A program made the position numbers and the translations under genes. A stretch of DNA of 64,000 nucleotides from a virus, in the IMG/VR virus record IMGVR_UViG_3300029319_000007; one strand, 5' to 3'. Each line of letters starts with the position of its first letter. Position 1 is the stretch's first letter. Below the pieces are notes generated by a model. That model saw only the letters and a program-made list of their open reading frames with translations, did not search any database and was not told the DNA's origin. Shown here in pieces: positions 30,626 to 39,949 of the stretch.

Positions 30626-33600
30626 CTATGATCTTGATGTATTAATTTGTGCTGGTATGGCATATCTAGTTCCAATCTTTGTATTGAAGTCACCTAATTG
30701 ATTTAATTCGCCATCAAGTGAAGTGTCGCCTGTACCAGTTAATCTTATATTATTTAGTCTTGTTAATTTAACAGCGTCTGAATCCATAGTATCACTTGCT
30801 GCTTCTCTTTTTATTTCACCACCTGTTTCTAGTAGTAAATCGTCACCTGCATTTGTAGATGAACCGTCTGTACCGTCTATTAATAATTTATCGGGCACAT
30901 GATTAAATGCACCAAAGGCAAATGTACCAATAGCACTCATTCTTGCACCTGCATATACAAACCCTTGATTTACTGTGGTTGTTCTAAAACTTGTTTCTCT
31001 ATCATCACCTGTATCAATAGTAATATCTAAATTTAAAGTGACATCTCTAGAAGCAGAGGCGAAAGATTCATCTGCCTCAATACCTAATTGAGGATTACTA
31101 CGAAGTGAGGTACCGTCAGTAGTAGTACCTAATCTTCTACCTATCTTCTCACTAAAGATTACTCTGAATGCTTCTATAATCTCATCTTGTTCAATACCTG
31201 CTGTGATTGTTCTACCTGATCTTAACTTAGCGTCAAGTCGTGTACGAATAGTCACCTCACCTGCAAGGTAGAATCCTGCTGGGTGTACAGCAGATTTTAA
31301 GTTTTCTCTATACTCTGATAATGCCTCACCTACTTTTACAACATAAGAATAATCTTGATAGTATAAACTATCTTGTATCTTCTTTGTAGATTCTGATATA
31401 TGACCATCAACATTTGAATATTCACCATCTGTCTCAACAACTGTATTTGCAGTTGCAGTTGAGGATGCTTGATCTGCATTTCTAACACGAGCAGTTTCAC
31501 CTGATGTGCCGCCAGTAATTGTGACTTTATCGTCAAATGTACCTACGACATCCGTTAATGTTAATATATTTGTATTACCATCAAAACTTTCTACTACACC
31601 TGAAACAGTATCGTCTGTTTCTAATTGTAATCTACTATCAGTTGAACCATTATGTGATATGATTATAAAATCTGTTTCTTGATTGTCAACATATATTGTA
31701 TGAACTAATCTATTGTTGCCTTCACTATCTTCCGTAATTATACCGTCTTGTTCAAAACCATCAAACACAGCAGTTTCATTATCTTCTTCAAACTCTAATA
31801 AACCGCCACTTTCTAATTCAATACCACCATGATCATCTTCTAATCTAAATTGTGAATGTCTGAAGTCTTCTAGTAAGATAGAAAAATCTTGAGGCACAAA
31901 ACTCTCTACTGTAAGATTATCTTCAGCAGTTGTTGTGATAGTCTCACCTGTAGAAAATGCACCTGACAATGTATCAATTTGCATATGCACTTTTGGATTC
32001 ATAATAGGTGCTTGTTCGTATCTATACCCATGATCTAATACTTTTGCACTTAGTGCTTGACCTACGGTACTTGATACAGGAAATAATGCTACACCTGAAC
32101 CGCCAGTTGATGTGACAGATACAGTAGGTAAAGATAAGTACCCACCACCTTTATTTGTAATTTTAATTTTTGTGATATCACCAGTATTAGAATTAGTTTG
32201 ATCTTCCATAACTATCTGATCAGTTGAACTATCTTCTAATATAAGAATACCATTTTCTAAACTATCTTGTTCTAATTGAAAACCACCATTAACTACAGCA
32301 ACTTCACCTGCAAGTCCTGAACCGTCAGTAGGATTAGTGACACTTAATACATCACCCACAGCATAACCTGAACCTGCAGTTTCAACGATTATATCATCTA
32401 TACTACCATATGTTATTTGTTCTATCAATGCATTAAGACCAACACCACCTCTTTGATTTTTTACAGGTACATTTTCACTTACAGAATAATAACGACCACG
32501 ATTAACAAAGTTAACATCATCAGCAATACTTTCTATATTCAATGTTAATGTTGTATCAGGATTATCATTCTCGATACCTGTTATCGTAGCAAAAGTTTGT
32601 TGTAAAACTTTATTACCATCTTCTAATAATAAATCATCACCTGCGTCAGTAGATGAACCGTCTGTGCCGTCTAAGACCATTGCATGTCCTAAACTATTTT
32701 GAAATGTGCCTGTTATATTATCTTTGTTTAATACAATAGTAGCAACATCTCTTTGAATGCCGCCTAAATTTACAGCATTAACTGTGACACTTTCTACAAC
32801 AGCAGTTGCTTCATTAACAACTGTGTTACCTGGTATGTTTGCTTGTGTAATTGTTTGACCTGATAGTTTAGTCATATCACCATCAGAAGGTGATACTAAA
32901 GTTGCCTTTAAAATTTTTTGTGTGTTAAAATTACCGTCACTAACTCTTAACAAGTCAACTGTAGGATAATAAATCTCAGGTGTCTCATTGAACAATGCAC
33001 GAAAAAATATTTCATGACCTTTCTTTGTACCTTTTCTTTTGTACAAAGATAAAATATTTTTTGTTAGTTGCCTTTTGTTTAGACCACTTGTTAAGTCGTT
33101 AGGTATTGTTTGTAGAAATGAATTTCTAAATTGAATAAAGAAATCATCTAGTGTATCATTCACATCAGCGTACTCTAGGATTTGTGATATAGTTTCGTTA
33201 GGGTTTGCCCTATATCTTGATATCACACCTTGAGCACCTGATGTGCCACCTGTTATAGTCTCTCCTGTTATAAACTTGGTGTTTGCAGTTATATATAATT
33301 CTAAATTGTCTGTATCTTCAGCAAGTATAGTTGCAGTCTCACCTGATGTTTGACCTGTGACTACTTCACCTTTACTAAACTCACCTATAGTTTCTTGTTC
33401 GTCAAGTATGTAATCACCAGCATTATTACTTTTTGCGTCTGTACCATCTAATGCTAAAAATGATTCTGTTTCTGTTTCTAAAAGTATTTGATCACTTGCA
33501 CTTACACTTGACAACACAATTTGTGCTGAGTCCATAAAAGTATAATACTGTTTAATGAACTCCACAAGTAGTGGGTCATTTGCTTGAATGTGTTCAGGAA

Positions 33601-33646
33601 ACTGCCTACTTACTAGAGGGTTTATTTTCTTTGTGAACTTTGCCAT
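30626..33646 (-). CDS. gp7: Baseplate wedge initiator, gp7-like
   Basis: QFPEHI, LYKRKGT...FFRALFNE, KKIQDSLYYQDYSYVVK, VHPAGF; lies between gp6 and gp8. Confidence 0.8.
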   Translation of the reverse strand: MAKFTKKINPLVSRQFPEHIQANDPLLVEFIKQYYTFMDSAQIVLSSVSASDQILLETETESFLALDGTDAKSNNAGDYILDEQETIGEFSKGEVVTGQTSGETATILAEDTDNLELYITANTKFITGETITGGTSGAQGVISRYRANPNETISQILEYADVNDTLDDFFIQFRNSFLQTIPNDLTSGLNKRQLTKNILSLYKRKGTKKGHEIFFRALFNETPEIYYPTVDLLRVSDGNFNTQKILKATLVSPSDGDMTKLSGQTITQANIPGNTVVNEATAVVESVTVNAVNLGGIQRDVATIVLNKDNITGTFQNSLGHAMVLDGTDGSSTDAGDDLLLEDGNKVLQQTFATITGIENDNPDTTLTLNIESIADDVNFVNRGRYYSVSENVPVKNQRGGVGLNALIEQITYGSIDDIIVETAGSGYAVGDVLSVTNPTDGSGLAGEVAVVNGGFQLEQDSLENGILILEDSSTDQIVMEDQTNSNTGDITKIKITNKGGGYLSLPTVSVTSTGGSGVALFPVSSTVGQALSAKVLDHGYRYEQAPIMNPKVHMQIDTLSGAFSTGETITTTAEDNLTVESFVPQDFSILLEDFRHSQFRLEDDHGGIELESGGLLEFEEDNETAVFDGFEQDGIITEDSEGNNRLVHTIYVDNQETDFIIISHNGSTDSRLQLETDDTVSGVVESFDGNTNILTLTDVVGTFDDKVTITGGTSGETARVRNADQASSTATANTVVETDGEYSNVDGHISESTKKIQDSLYYQDYSYVVKVGEALSEYRENLKSAVHPAGFYLAGEVTIRTRLDAKLRSGRTITAGIEQDEIIEAFRVIFSEKIGRRLGTTTDGTSLRSNPQLGIEADESFASASRDVTLNLDITIDTGDDRETSFRTTTVNQGFVYAGARMSAIGTFAFGAFNHVPDKLLIDGTDGSSTNAGDDLLLETGGEIKREAASDTMDSDAVKLTRLNNIRLTGTGDTSLDGELNQLGDFNTKIGTRYAIPAQINTSRS

Positions 33647-33649
33647 AGA

Positions 33650-35500
33650 CTACGAAGCATAACTTGATGTTGTTGTATAACCTATACCTGATGTAGTATC
33701 AAAAGTATCTGCGTTTACACTTACAGTTGTATTAGTTTCATCTATCGCTAATATTTGATTACGAACTGGAACTAAGTCAACTGAATTAGGTATAGTTGTT
33801 AATCTTATGTCAGTTGATGTTGCACCATCTACATTTGAAACAGTTGTAATAAACAAAGAGTTTAGTGTGACTGTACCGTTTGTGTAATCAATAGTGCCTT
33901 GTGTATTGTTTGTATATGTTCTTGTTTGTCCTACAAGATAATACAATCTTACATTACCTGCACCATCATCATCTAAAAAATATTCATTAGTTGTATCACC
34001 ATTTATTTTAAAACCTGATGAAACTAAAATACCACCTGCACTTGCATTGTGTGCTGAATGTGGGTTGTAAAATGCATTATTAAATTTAATTGTATAAGTT
34101 GTTGCGCCAGTTGTTGTTGCAGTAAATGACTTATGCATTTTGACAGTTGTAATATTTGATAAGATTGAAGTATCTACTTTGTTTATTGTCTCAATAAATT
34201 TTGAGTGTCTAAACACATTATCAAATTGTTGTAAGTTGTTATTATTAAAATTAGTTATAGCAGTAGATACTAGTGCCTTGATAGTATCAGCAGATCGTGT
34301 TGTTGTTTTAGCGTCATACTTAACATTTACATTTAATTGAATAGATGTAGTTTCAGGATCTTGTATGATAGGTGTAATACTTGCCACATTGAAATCTTTT
34401 AATTGTGTAATAATATCTGTTTTAGTTGCCTCAGTTAATGTTGCACCTGCAACAGGATTAATTGAAATATATACACGACCATAAACAGGCGTGTCATTAT
34501 CTTCACCGCCCCATACAGAAACAGATTTTGCATTTGTATAAATTTGTTTTACTTTACTTTGATAATCTTTAGGTGTGACTGTTCTATTCTGAGAAGCATA
34601 TTGTCGTGGTGCATTAAATCGAATACTATCAGGTGTTTCAGGTTGAGCACCGTTTGCTGAATTAGTTGCAGTAGTTATAGTGACATTAGAAAAACCACCT
34701 ATGTTGCCTGATAAACTAAATGAACTTGCACCATTACTTTCTTGTGCGTTTGTGACTATGTAAGATAGTGTCACAATATTACCAGTTGATAAAGCAGCAC
34801 CGAGAACTCCGTCACCAAACTTAACTTCGTATTGTTGATCTTCAGCACCTTCTAGATAATAAACTTTTGATGATGATGTAATATCTGCTAGATCAGTTGC
34901 AAGTGTGTATGTAGATGTTGTTGTATCACCTGAACTATTTTGTACAGTCACTAATAAAGTAGTTGTGTCTGCTAAATTATTTTTTATTAAGAATCTTTGA
35001 TCTGCGTCAGTAGTATCTACTGTGTATTTGTTTGAAATAAGTGTGCCTTCATAAACTTCTAAATTAGAAAAAGTATAAACACCATCAACTGGCGAAATTG
35101 TTGTTGCGTCTTTAACAATGTAGTTATAAGATACACCATCGACTGTAGTTGTAAAAGTTGTGCCACGAGCGGCGGTCAAAGTTGAACCGGTTGCATTGTT
35201 AACTACAACATTTAAATATGCAACAGGTGATGTTGCACTTCTTGGTGTATACCCAACATGTTTTGCATGTGATACAATACTGTTTCTTAAATCAGCACTA
35301 TCTAAAAACATTTCGTTAGCAAGAACATTTGCATAGACAGCATTGTAATGTGTGTTATAGGCAAGTACATCTAATATAGTTGACATACCTGAACCTTCAA
35401 AATCATAATCTGTAAATTGATCTTGTTGTCTTAGAAAAGTTTTTAAATTACTTTTGATTGTATCAAAATCTAACTCTGTGACATTAATTCTTTTTGGCAT
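33650..35500 (-). CDS. gp6: Baseplate wedge subunit gp6
   Basis: LDFDTIKSNLK..FTDYDFEGSGMS..LAYNTHY, FGDGVLG, QNRTVTPKDY, VWGGED. Confidence 0.95.
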   Translation of the reverse strand: MPKRINVTELDFDTIKSNLKTFLRQQDQFTDYDFEGSGMSTILDVLAYNTHYNAVYANVLANEMFLDSADLRNSIVSHAKHVGYTPRSATSPVAYLNVVVNNATGSTLTAARGTTFTTTVDGVSYNYIVKDATTISPVDGVYTFSNLEVYEGTLISNKYTVDTTDADQRFLIKNNLADTTTLLVTVQNSSGDTTTSTYTLATDLADITSSSKVYYLEGAEDQQYEVKFGDGVLGAALSTGNIVTLSYIVTNAQESNGASSFSLSGNIGGFSNVTITTATNSANGAQPETPDSIRFNAPRQYASQNRTVTPKDYQSKVKQIYTNAKSVSVWGGEDNDTPVYGRVYISINPVAGATLTEATKTDIITQLKDFNVASITPIIQDPETTSIQLNVNVKYDAKTTTRSADTIKALVSTAITNFNNNNLQQFDNVFRHSKFIETINKVDTSILSNITTVKMHKSFTATTTGATTYTIKFNNAFYNPHSAHNASAGGILVSSGFKINGDTTNEYFLDDDGAGNVRLYYLVGQTRTYTNNTQGTIDYTNGTVTLNSLFITTVSNVDGATSTDIRLTTIPNSVDLVPVRNQILAIDETNTTVSVNADTFDTTSGIGYTTTSSYAS

Positions 35501-35943
35501 TATCTACTTCTTTCTAACATTGTTTGTAAAGTTATTAATTCACCTGGTACATTGACAACATAAAAACTAATTGTGACTTCGTAAGAATTAACATCAGGTT
35601 GTGCCGAAGCAATAACTGACACTAGTCTAGCACGAGGTTCAAAATTTTCTATACACTCTGCAATCGTTCTTTGTAAAACATTTGCAGTTATAGGATTCAT
35701 AGGTTGAAAGAGCATTGCTCTTACACTAGAACCTATCTCAGGATGAAAAGGTCTTTCATAATGATTTGTAAGAATAAGATTTCTCACAGACTGTTTTACA
35801 GCGTCAACATCTTTCTTAACAATAACATCACCTGACGCATTATTCTTTTCAAATGACAATGATACATCTCTGTAAAGTCTAGATGATCTAGAACTTGCAT
35901 TTGTTCTTGAAGCGTCTGTATATCCTGATTGAAGTATTGCCAT
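35500..35943 (-). CDS. gp25: Baseplate wedge gp25
   Basis: AVKQSVRNLILTNHYERPFHPEIGS, IENFEPR. Confidence 0.95.
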   Translation of the reverse strand: MAILQSGYTDASRTNASSRSSRLYRDVSLSFEKNNASGDVIVKKDVDAVKQSVRNLILTNHYERPFHPEIGSSVRAMLFQPMNPITANVLQRTIAECIENFEPRARLVSVIASAQPDVNSYEVTISFYVVNVPGELITLQTMLERSR

Positions 35944-35959
35944 GTAAACTATTTATATA

Positions 35960-36223
35960 CTAACCTGCAAAAACATTAGAAGAACCTGATATAGTGTGAC
36001 CACATGAAGCGGCGTCACCTGATCTACAAACACCTTTACCATTTGCAAATACAGTAGATGACTTGCCTACCATGGGTGGCGTAGGTGAGTGAGGTGAAAC
36101 ACCATGAGAGGCGACTTTATCACCTACACGAACTACACCTGATCCGTTTGCGTTGACATTACCACTACCTTCTATCGCAACACCACCAGCGATGTCAACA
36201 CCGTTTCGTGAAACGCCAGGCAT
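35960..36223 (-). CDS. PAAR spike-tip protein (gp5.4-like)
   Basis: GSGNVNANG..VRVGD..H..H..SSTVFANGKGVCRSGD..CGH..GSSNVFAG. Confidence 0.9.
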   Translation of the reverse strand: MPGVSRNGVDIAGGVAIEGSGNVNANGSGVVRVGDKVASHGVSPHSPTPPMVGKSSTVFANGKGVCRSGDAASCGHTISGSSNVFAG

Positions 36224-36369
36224 TATCTACTGTTGCCTTGCCCAACACCTCTTTTGAATTGTCTTCGTTTGTGTTTGTTCTTTGGTTTTGTTCTAGAACT
36301 ATCACCTATAGATGTGCGTTTCTTTACGCCTCTCTCATAGTTATTGTTTATATTAAGTCCCTTTGCCAT
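36223..36369 (-). CDS. 48-aa basic protein (MAKGLNINNNYERGVKKRTSIGDSSRTKPKNKHKRRQFKRGVGQGNSR)
   Basis: Hand-translated; TAATG coupling on both sides; KKRTSIG...RGVGQG resembles a conserved small basic protein of T4-like marine phages. Confidence 0.7.
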   Translation of the reverse strand: MAKGLNINNNYERGVKKRTSIGDSSRTKPKNKHKRRQFKRGVGQGNSR

Positions 36370-36464
36370 TATGCCTCATGTTCACAGTTTGCACAACCGC
36401 ATGAACCACAAGAACCACCATTACTACAATGACACCCATGTCCGCAGTTTTTACATGTACCCAT
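36369..36464 (-). CDS. 31-aa Cys/His-rich metallothionein-like peptide (MGTCKNCGHGCHCSNGGSCGSCGCANCEHEA)
   Basis: Hand-translated; 8 Cys + 3 His; TAATG overlaps with both neighbours. Confidence 0.75.
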   Translation of the reverse strand: MGTCKNCGHGCHCSNGGSCGSCGCANCEHEA

Positions 36465-36595
36465 TACTTTCCTTTTTTCTTTGTAGTCTTCTTTTTCTTT
36501 TTGACTACCTTTTTCTTTGTTGTTTCTTTCTTCTTAGGTGGTAGTACATTCTCTGATTTACCCCAACCTGACCATAATTTACTAAAAAATCCCAT
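36464..36595 (-). CDS. 43-aa Lys-rich peptide (MGFFSKLWSGWGKSENVLPPKKKETTKKKVVKKKKKTTKKKGK)
   Basis: GGAG RBS upstream; amphipathic N-terminus and poly-Lys tail. Confidence 0.65.
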   Translation of the reverse strand: MGFFSKLWSGWGKSENVLPPKKKETTKKKVVKKKKKTTKKKGK

Positions 36596-36688
36596 AAAAT
36601 CTCCGTTTCATGTGCGACATGCTGACGCACCATTTATTAAGTCATTGAAAAACAATACTTTTTTCTTATAAAAAAGTGTATTATATGC

Positions 36689-36717
36689 TTGACTTTCTAC
36701 TATTTATAGTGTACCGT
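36689..36717 (+). promoter_or_regulatory. Putative sigma70-type early promoter for the + strand cluster; its spacer contains a minus-strand late box (36701-36708)
   Basis: TTGACT-17nt-TACCGT; the -10 is weak. Confidence 0.45.
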
Positions 36718-36748
36718 AAGAGTATATTTAATTGAAAGGAACTATATT

Positions 36749-37024
36749 ATGAAACTTAAATTTAACAATCTACCTGAGATCCTAGAATGGATCAGAGATC
36801 CTCAACACAAAGAACATTTGTTCTTATTGCAAGCAGCGATTGCTGAAGCAAAAGGTTCTAAGTCCTCTAAGTCTCAATTTAATGTTGGCGATAAAGTAAT
36901 CTTTGGTAGACCTAATGGTCGTAAACATCATGGTTTTATTGTCAAAAAGAATCCTGCGAAAGCAGTTGTCGATTGTGCCGGTTCTAAGTGGCGTGTACCT
37001 TACTCTCTAATGGAGGCAGCGTAA
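36749..37024 (+). CDS. Early hypothetical protein (SH3/KOW-like C-terminus)
   Basis: GAAAGGA RBS; FNVGDKVIF..G.IVKKN..KAVV..WRVPYSLM. Confidence 0.7.
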   Translation: MKLKFNNLPEILEWIRDPQHKEHLFLLQAAIAEAKGSKSSKSQFNVGDKVIFGRPNGRKHHGFIVKKNPAKAVVDCAGSKWRVPYSLMEAA

Positions 37025-37119
37025 TGAAAAAACAAAAATTTAAATATGTCTTCAATCAACAATCTACTATTATTATTTTATTATTAATATTAGTATTACA
37101 AGGATTTGAGGTACTATAA
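37024..37119 (+). CDS. 31-aa membrane micropeptide
   Basis: MKKQKFKYVFNQQSTIIILLLILVLQGFEVL; TAATG-coupled on both sides. Confidence 0.5.
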   Translation: MKKQKFKYVFNQQSTIIILLLILVLQGFEVL

Positions 37120-37307
37120 TGAATGTACATATAGAATTTGCTGTCACCCCAACACCAGGACCTGTTTGGGGTGAACTTGATATGGTTCACATATCAATAC
37201 CAAAAAGAAAATTCAAAACTCTAAAAGATGTTTATGATAAGTGGTATAAGAAGACCGGTAATAAAGCAAAAAAAATTAAAATGATTAAGGAGAAAGTTAT
37301 ATTATGA
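37119..37307 (+). CDS. Early hypothetical protein
   Basis: GAGG RBS; coupled ORF. Confidence 0.65.
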   Translation: MNVHIEFAVTPTPGPVWGELDMVHISIPKRKFKTLKDVYDKWYKKTGNKAKKIKMIKEKVIL

Positions 37308-37483
37308 CATACGAAGAAATGAATGATAAGATTACCAAATTACTTGTTCACGCTGAAGGCGAAATGAATAAGATAATTGAAGACTATAATGAAAACAATG
37401 AAGACGGTGATGAAGTTGATACCGTTGATCTATCAAGTAAGTTTTCACCATTACTAGATTATGTTGAAGACTACTCACAATAA
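37304..37483 (+). CDS. 59-aa acidic hypothetical protein
   Basis: MTYEEMNDKITKLLVHAEGEM...DYVEDYSQ; AGGAG RBS; ATGA overlap. Confidence 0.65.
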   Translation: MTYEEMNDKITKLLVHAEGEMNKIIEDYNENNEDGDEVDTVDLSSKFSPLLDYVEDYSQ

Positions 37484-37500
37484 TTAGAAAGGTATATATT

Positions 37501-37731
37501 ATGATAATTAAAATTGGCGATAATGTTTCTGTTAATCAAAGAGGATCAATTCTTCCTAGAGAAGGAGTGATTACAGGTATATCTATTGGTCTTACTAAAT
37601 CTGATCCTGCAGGTGAGTTAGGTATCAATCTAAAAGAATATGATACTGAAATGAATTACCTAGGTTCTATTGATTACAAAACTGATAGTGGTGAAAACTA
37701 TTGGGCATACTTCTCACAAATAGAATGTTAG
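37501..37731 (+). CDS. Early hypothetical protein
   Basis: GAAAGG RBS. Confidence 0.65.
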   Translation: MIIKIGDNVSVNQRGSILPREGVITGISIGLTKSDPAGELGINLKEYDTEMNYLGSIDYKTDSGENYWAYFSQIEC

Positions 37732-37871
37732 AAAAAATTTTAAAGTGTAAAATTAAATATGATAAACTTGCATTGAGAGAACCTCGTACAGGACAGCAAG
37801 TTTATGACCGTATCGTTTGGGAAAGATTAAGATCAATCCTGATTAAACGATACGGTCGATTAGATGATTAA
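37725..37871 (+). CDS. 48-aa hypothetical protein
   Basis: MLEKILKCKIKYDKLALREP...RYGRLDD. Confidence 0.5.
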   Translation: MLEKILKCKIKYDKLALREPRTGQQVYDRIVWERLRSILIKRYGRLDD

Positions 37872-38071
37872 CCTCTTACTTCTTCTGAAGTAGTAGGCAC
37901 TTCAATGTCGCCAACATCTCCTGTTGGCATTTCAATTGTGATTTTTGGTACAGGCACCTCGTCAATGACTTGTAGTGTCTGTTCACCGTAATAATGTCCT
38001 AACCAAAAAGCACCTATTACGATTAAAACATAAAGTAATCGTTTGAAGCGGTTCTTAGTTATATCTCTCAT
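37868..38071 (-). CDS. Small membrane protein
   Basis: One TM segment (LLYVLIVIGAFWLG). Confidence 0.6.
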   Translation of the reverse strand: MRDITKNRFKRLLYVLIVIGAFWLGHYYGEQTLQVIDEVPVPKITIEMPTGDVGDIEVPTTSEEVRG

Positions 38072-38074
38072 GTT

Positions 38075-38233
38075 CTATGCCTTCCATCTTTTCCAAAGAT
38101 TAGCACCTACCCAAGCGATTAAACCCCACTTGACTAATGCCATTGGTGCAAGAATACCTGTAAACAGGCAGATGATTAACAGAATAAGTCCGTAATCTTT
38201 CCATGCGTCAATATTTTTTAACCATTTATCCAT
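38075..38233 (-). CDS. 52-aa membrane protein
   Basis: MDKWLKNIDAWKDYGLILLIICLFTGILAPMALVKWGLIAWVGANLWKRWKA; AGGAG RBS. Confidence 0.6.
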   Translation of the reverse strand: MDKWLKNIDAWKDYGLILLIICLFTGILAPMALVKWGLIAWVGANLWKRWKA

Positions 38234-38262
38234 AAGAATTTCTCCTTTTGTTATATGTTTAT

Positions 38263-39129
38263 TTAGAATGTTAATTTAGTTCCTACTGAGTAGTGATCTA
38301 AATCTGTACCAGTATTCACATCATCATGCTGATATTCAGCATAGACGCTTAAGTTATCTGATACACCGTGAGATAGACCCACAGTATAATACACTCCAGT
38401 TCCTTCTTTATCTCCGTAACCTACGGTGACATCTTTCCAACCTACTGTTGCTTCCATACCTGAAAGGTCTGTAGCAGCATCTTTGATTGTGTAAGTTGAA
38501 GCGATAGTTAAATCACCGAGATTTGTGGATGCACCTGCACCCCAATAAGAGATATCGTTTACAACATCATCAGCGTATCCAACAGCGACATCAATGCCTT
38601 GTAAAGAATGAGAGTAAGAAACTTCCCATTCGTCCATGCCATCTTCGCCAGTTGAACCGTCAACGATAGTCATTGCTTCTAGTCCACCCAAAGCAAACTT
38701 TGCAGTATTACTTGAACGGTCTGCATACTTCCATATGGCATTACTACCATAGACTTCAAAGTTAGCAGTCTTGTTTACATTACCAAATGGGTGAGATTGT
38801 CTACCTACAGATAATGCCGCACCGCCAGAATTTTCTAAACCGACATATGCAAGACGACTATCAAAGGTATTCGAACCACCATCATCAACATCAAGACCAA
38901 CTTCTAACTTTGCAAAACCAGTAATCGTATCTCCTTCAACGCCTAAGTCTATAAACTCTACGCCTACTTTTGATCCGTTATTTTCTAGTTTACTATATGC
39001 TGTGCCAGAAGAATTTTGATCATGTGATAATTTATAATTGAAAGTACCATACGGTATGATCTCAGTTGCCATTGCACCATAAGTGAAAAACAGCATACCA
39101 ATTGCCGTAAGGGTAATTAATCTTAACAT
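38263..39129 (-). CDS. Gram-negative porin (beta-barrel)
   Basis: Signal peptide; NNGSKVG, FAKLEVG, SRLAYVGL..LSVGRQ, VYAEY; C-terminal Phe. Confidence 0.85.
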   Translation of the reverse strand: MLRLITLTAIGMLFFTYGAMATEIIPYGTFNYKLSHDQNSSGTAYSKLENNGSKVGVEFIDLGVEGDTITGFAKLEVGLDVDDGGSNTFDSRLAYVGLENSGGAALSVGRQSHPFGNVNKTANFEVYGSNAIWKYADRSSNTAKFALGGLEAMTIVDGSTGEDGMDEWEVSYSHSLQGIDVAVGYADDVVNDISYWGAGASTNLGDLTIASTYTIKDAATDLSGMEATVGWKDVTVGYGDKEGTGVYYTVGLSHGVSDNLSVYAEYQHDDVNTGTDLDHYSVGTKLTF

Positions 39130-39221
39130 GTATTCTCCTTTGTAAAATATGATTATAAATCTATAATCGAACCCAGGACGGGTTTTAATGTATTCCTCGA
39201 ACTTTATTCATATCATATTAT

Positions 39222-39605
39222 TTAGTCAATTCGAAACCATTGGTCGTTCACAATCGTATCTATTTCTTTTCGACCTTCTTCGCTGATCCAGTCAGAAACA
39301 ATATAGGCACTAATATGTGTATAACCTTGGCGTTTCGCCCATATGATACGCCGACCCCCACAATGATATTTTCGCAATACACCATTATTTTTTAGATCAC
39401 GAACTATCACAGGATTTAACAGACCTTTCTCCGATAAATCCGAAAATAATTCTTTATACGGTATATCGTATTCGTCTGCATACTCTGTCCACTCATTCAC
39501 AGGTACATTGTCCCACTTGTATGTCAATGTTGATAAATCTGCAATGATATGCTTATGAGGGAAGTTTACATTTTTCGCTGTGAGAATATTTTTGCCAGTA
39601 GTCAT
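39222..39605 (-). CDS. ParB/Srx-like N-terminal domain protein
   Basis: GLLNPVIV..GGRRIIWAKRQGYTHI. Confidence 0.65.
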   Translation of the reverse strand: MTTGKNILTAKNVNFPHKHIIADLSTLTYKWDNVPVNEWTEYADEYDIPYKELFSDLSEKGLLNPVIVRDLKNNGVLRKYHCGGRRIIWAKRQGYTHISAYIVSDWISEEGRKEIDTIVNDQWFRID

Positions 39606-39933
39606 TTGAATTTGTATAAAGAAAAACTTTTTCCCAAGACGCTTGATCTACGATATGATAACAATCGATATGAGTATACCCTCTTTGTTTGGCATACCAT
39701 ACTCTTTGATGACCGACAGATACTTCATAACCATTATACGATACAATGATAGGATGTTGCATGCCGTGTTGATCGAGTTCTTTCATCAAACACTCTAAAC
39801 GAAAGTGTGCTTCTTTGTCCCGATTGATTCTTCGATAGTCTATGAAGTTGCCGAGTTCTCTGATACTATAGACTTTGTGATATTCGGGAAACTCTATGTG
39901 TTTTGCGGTAAGGATTTTTTGAAAGGTTGGCAT
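39553..39933 (-). CDS. ParB/Srx-like N-terminal domain protein (paralog)
   Basis: GMQHPIIV..GHQRVWYAKQRGYTHI. Confidence 0.65.
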   Translation of the reverse strand: MPTFQKILTAKHIEFPEYHKVYSIRELGNFIDYRRINRDKEAHFRLECLMKELDQHGMQHPIIVSYNGYEVSVGHQRVWYAKQRGYTHIDCYHIVDQASWEKVFLYTNSNDYWQKYSHSEKCKLPS

Positions 39934-39949
39934 ATGTATATATAGTTTT

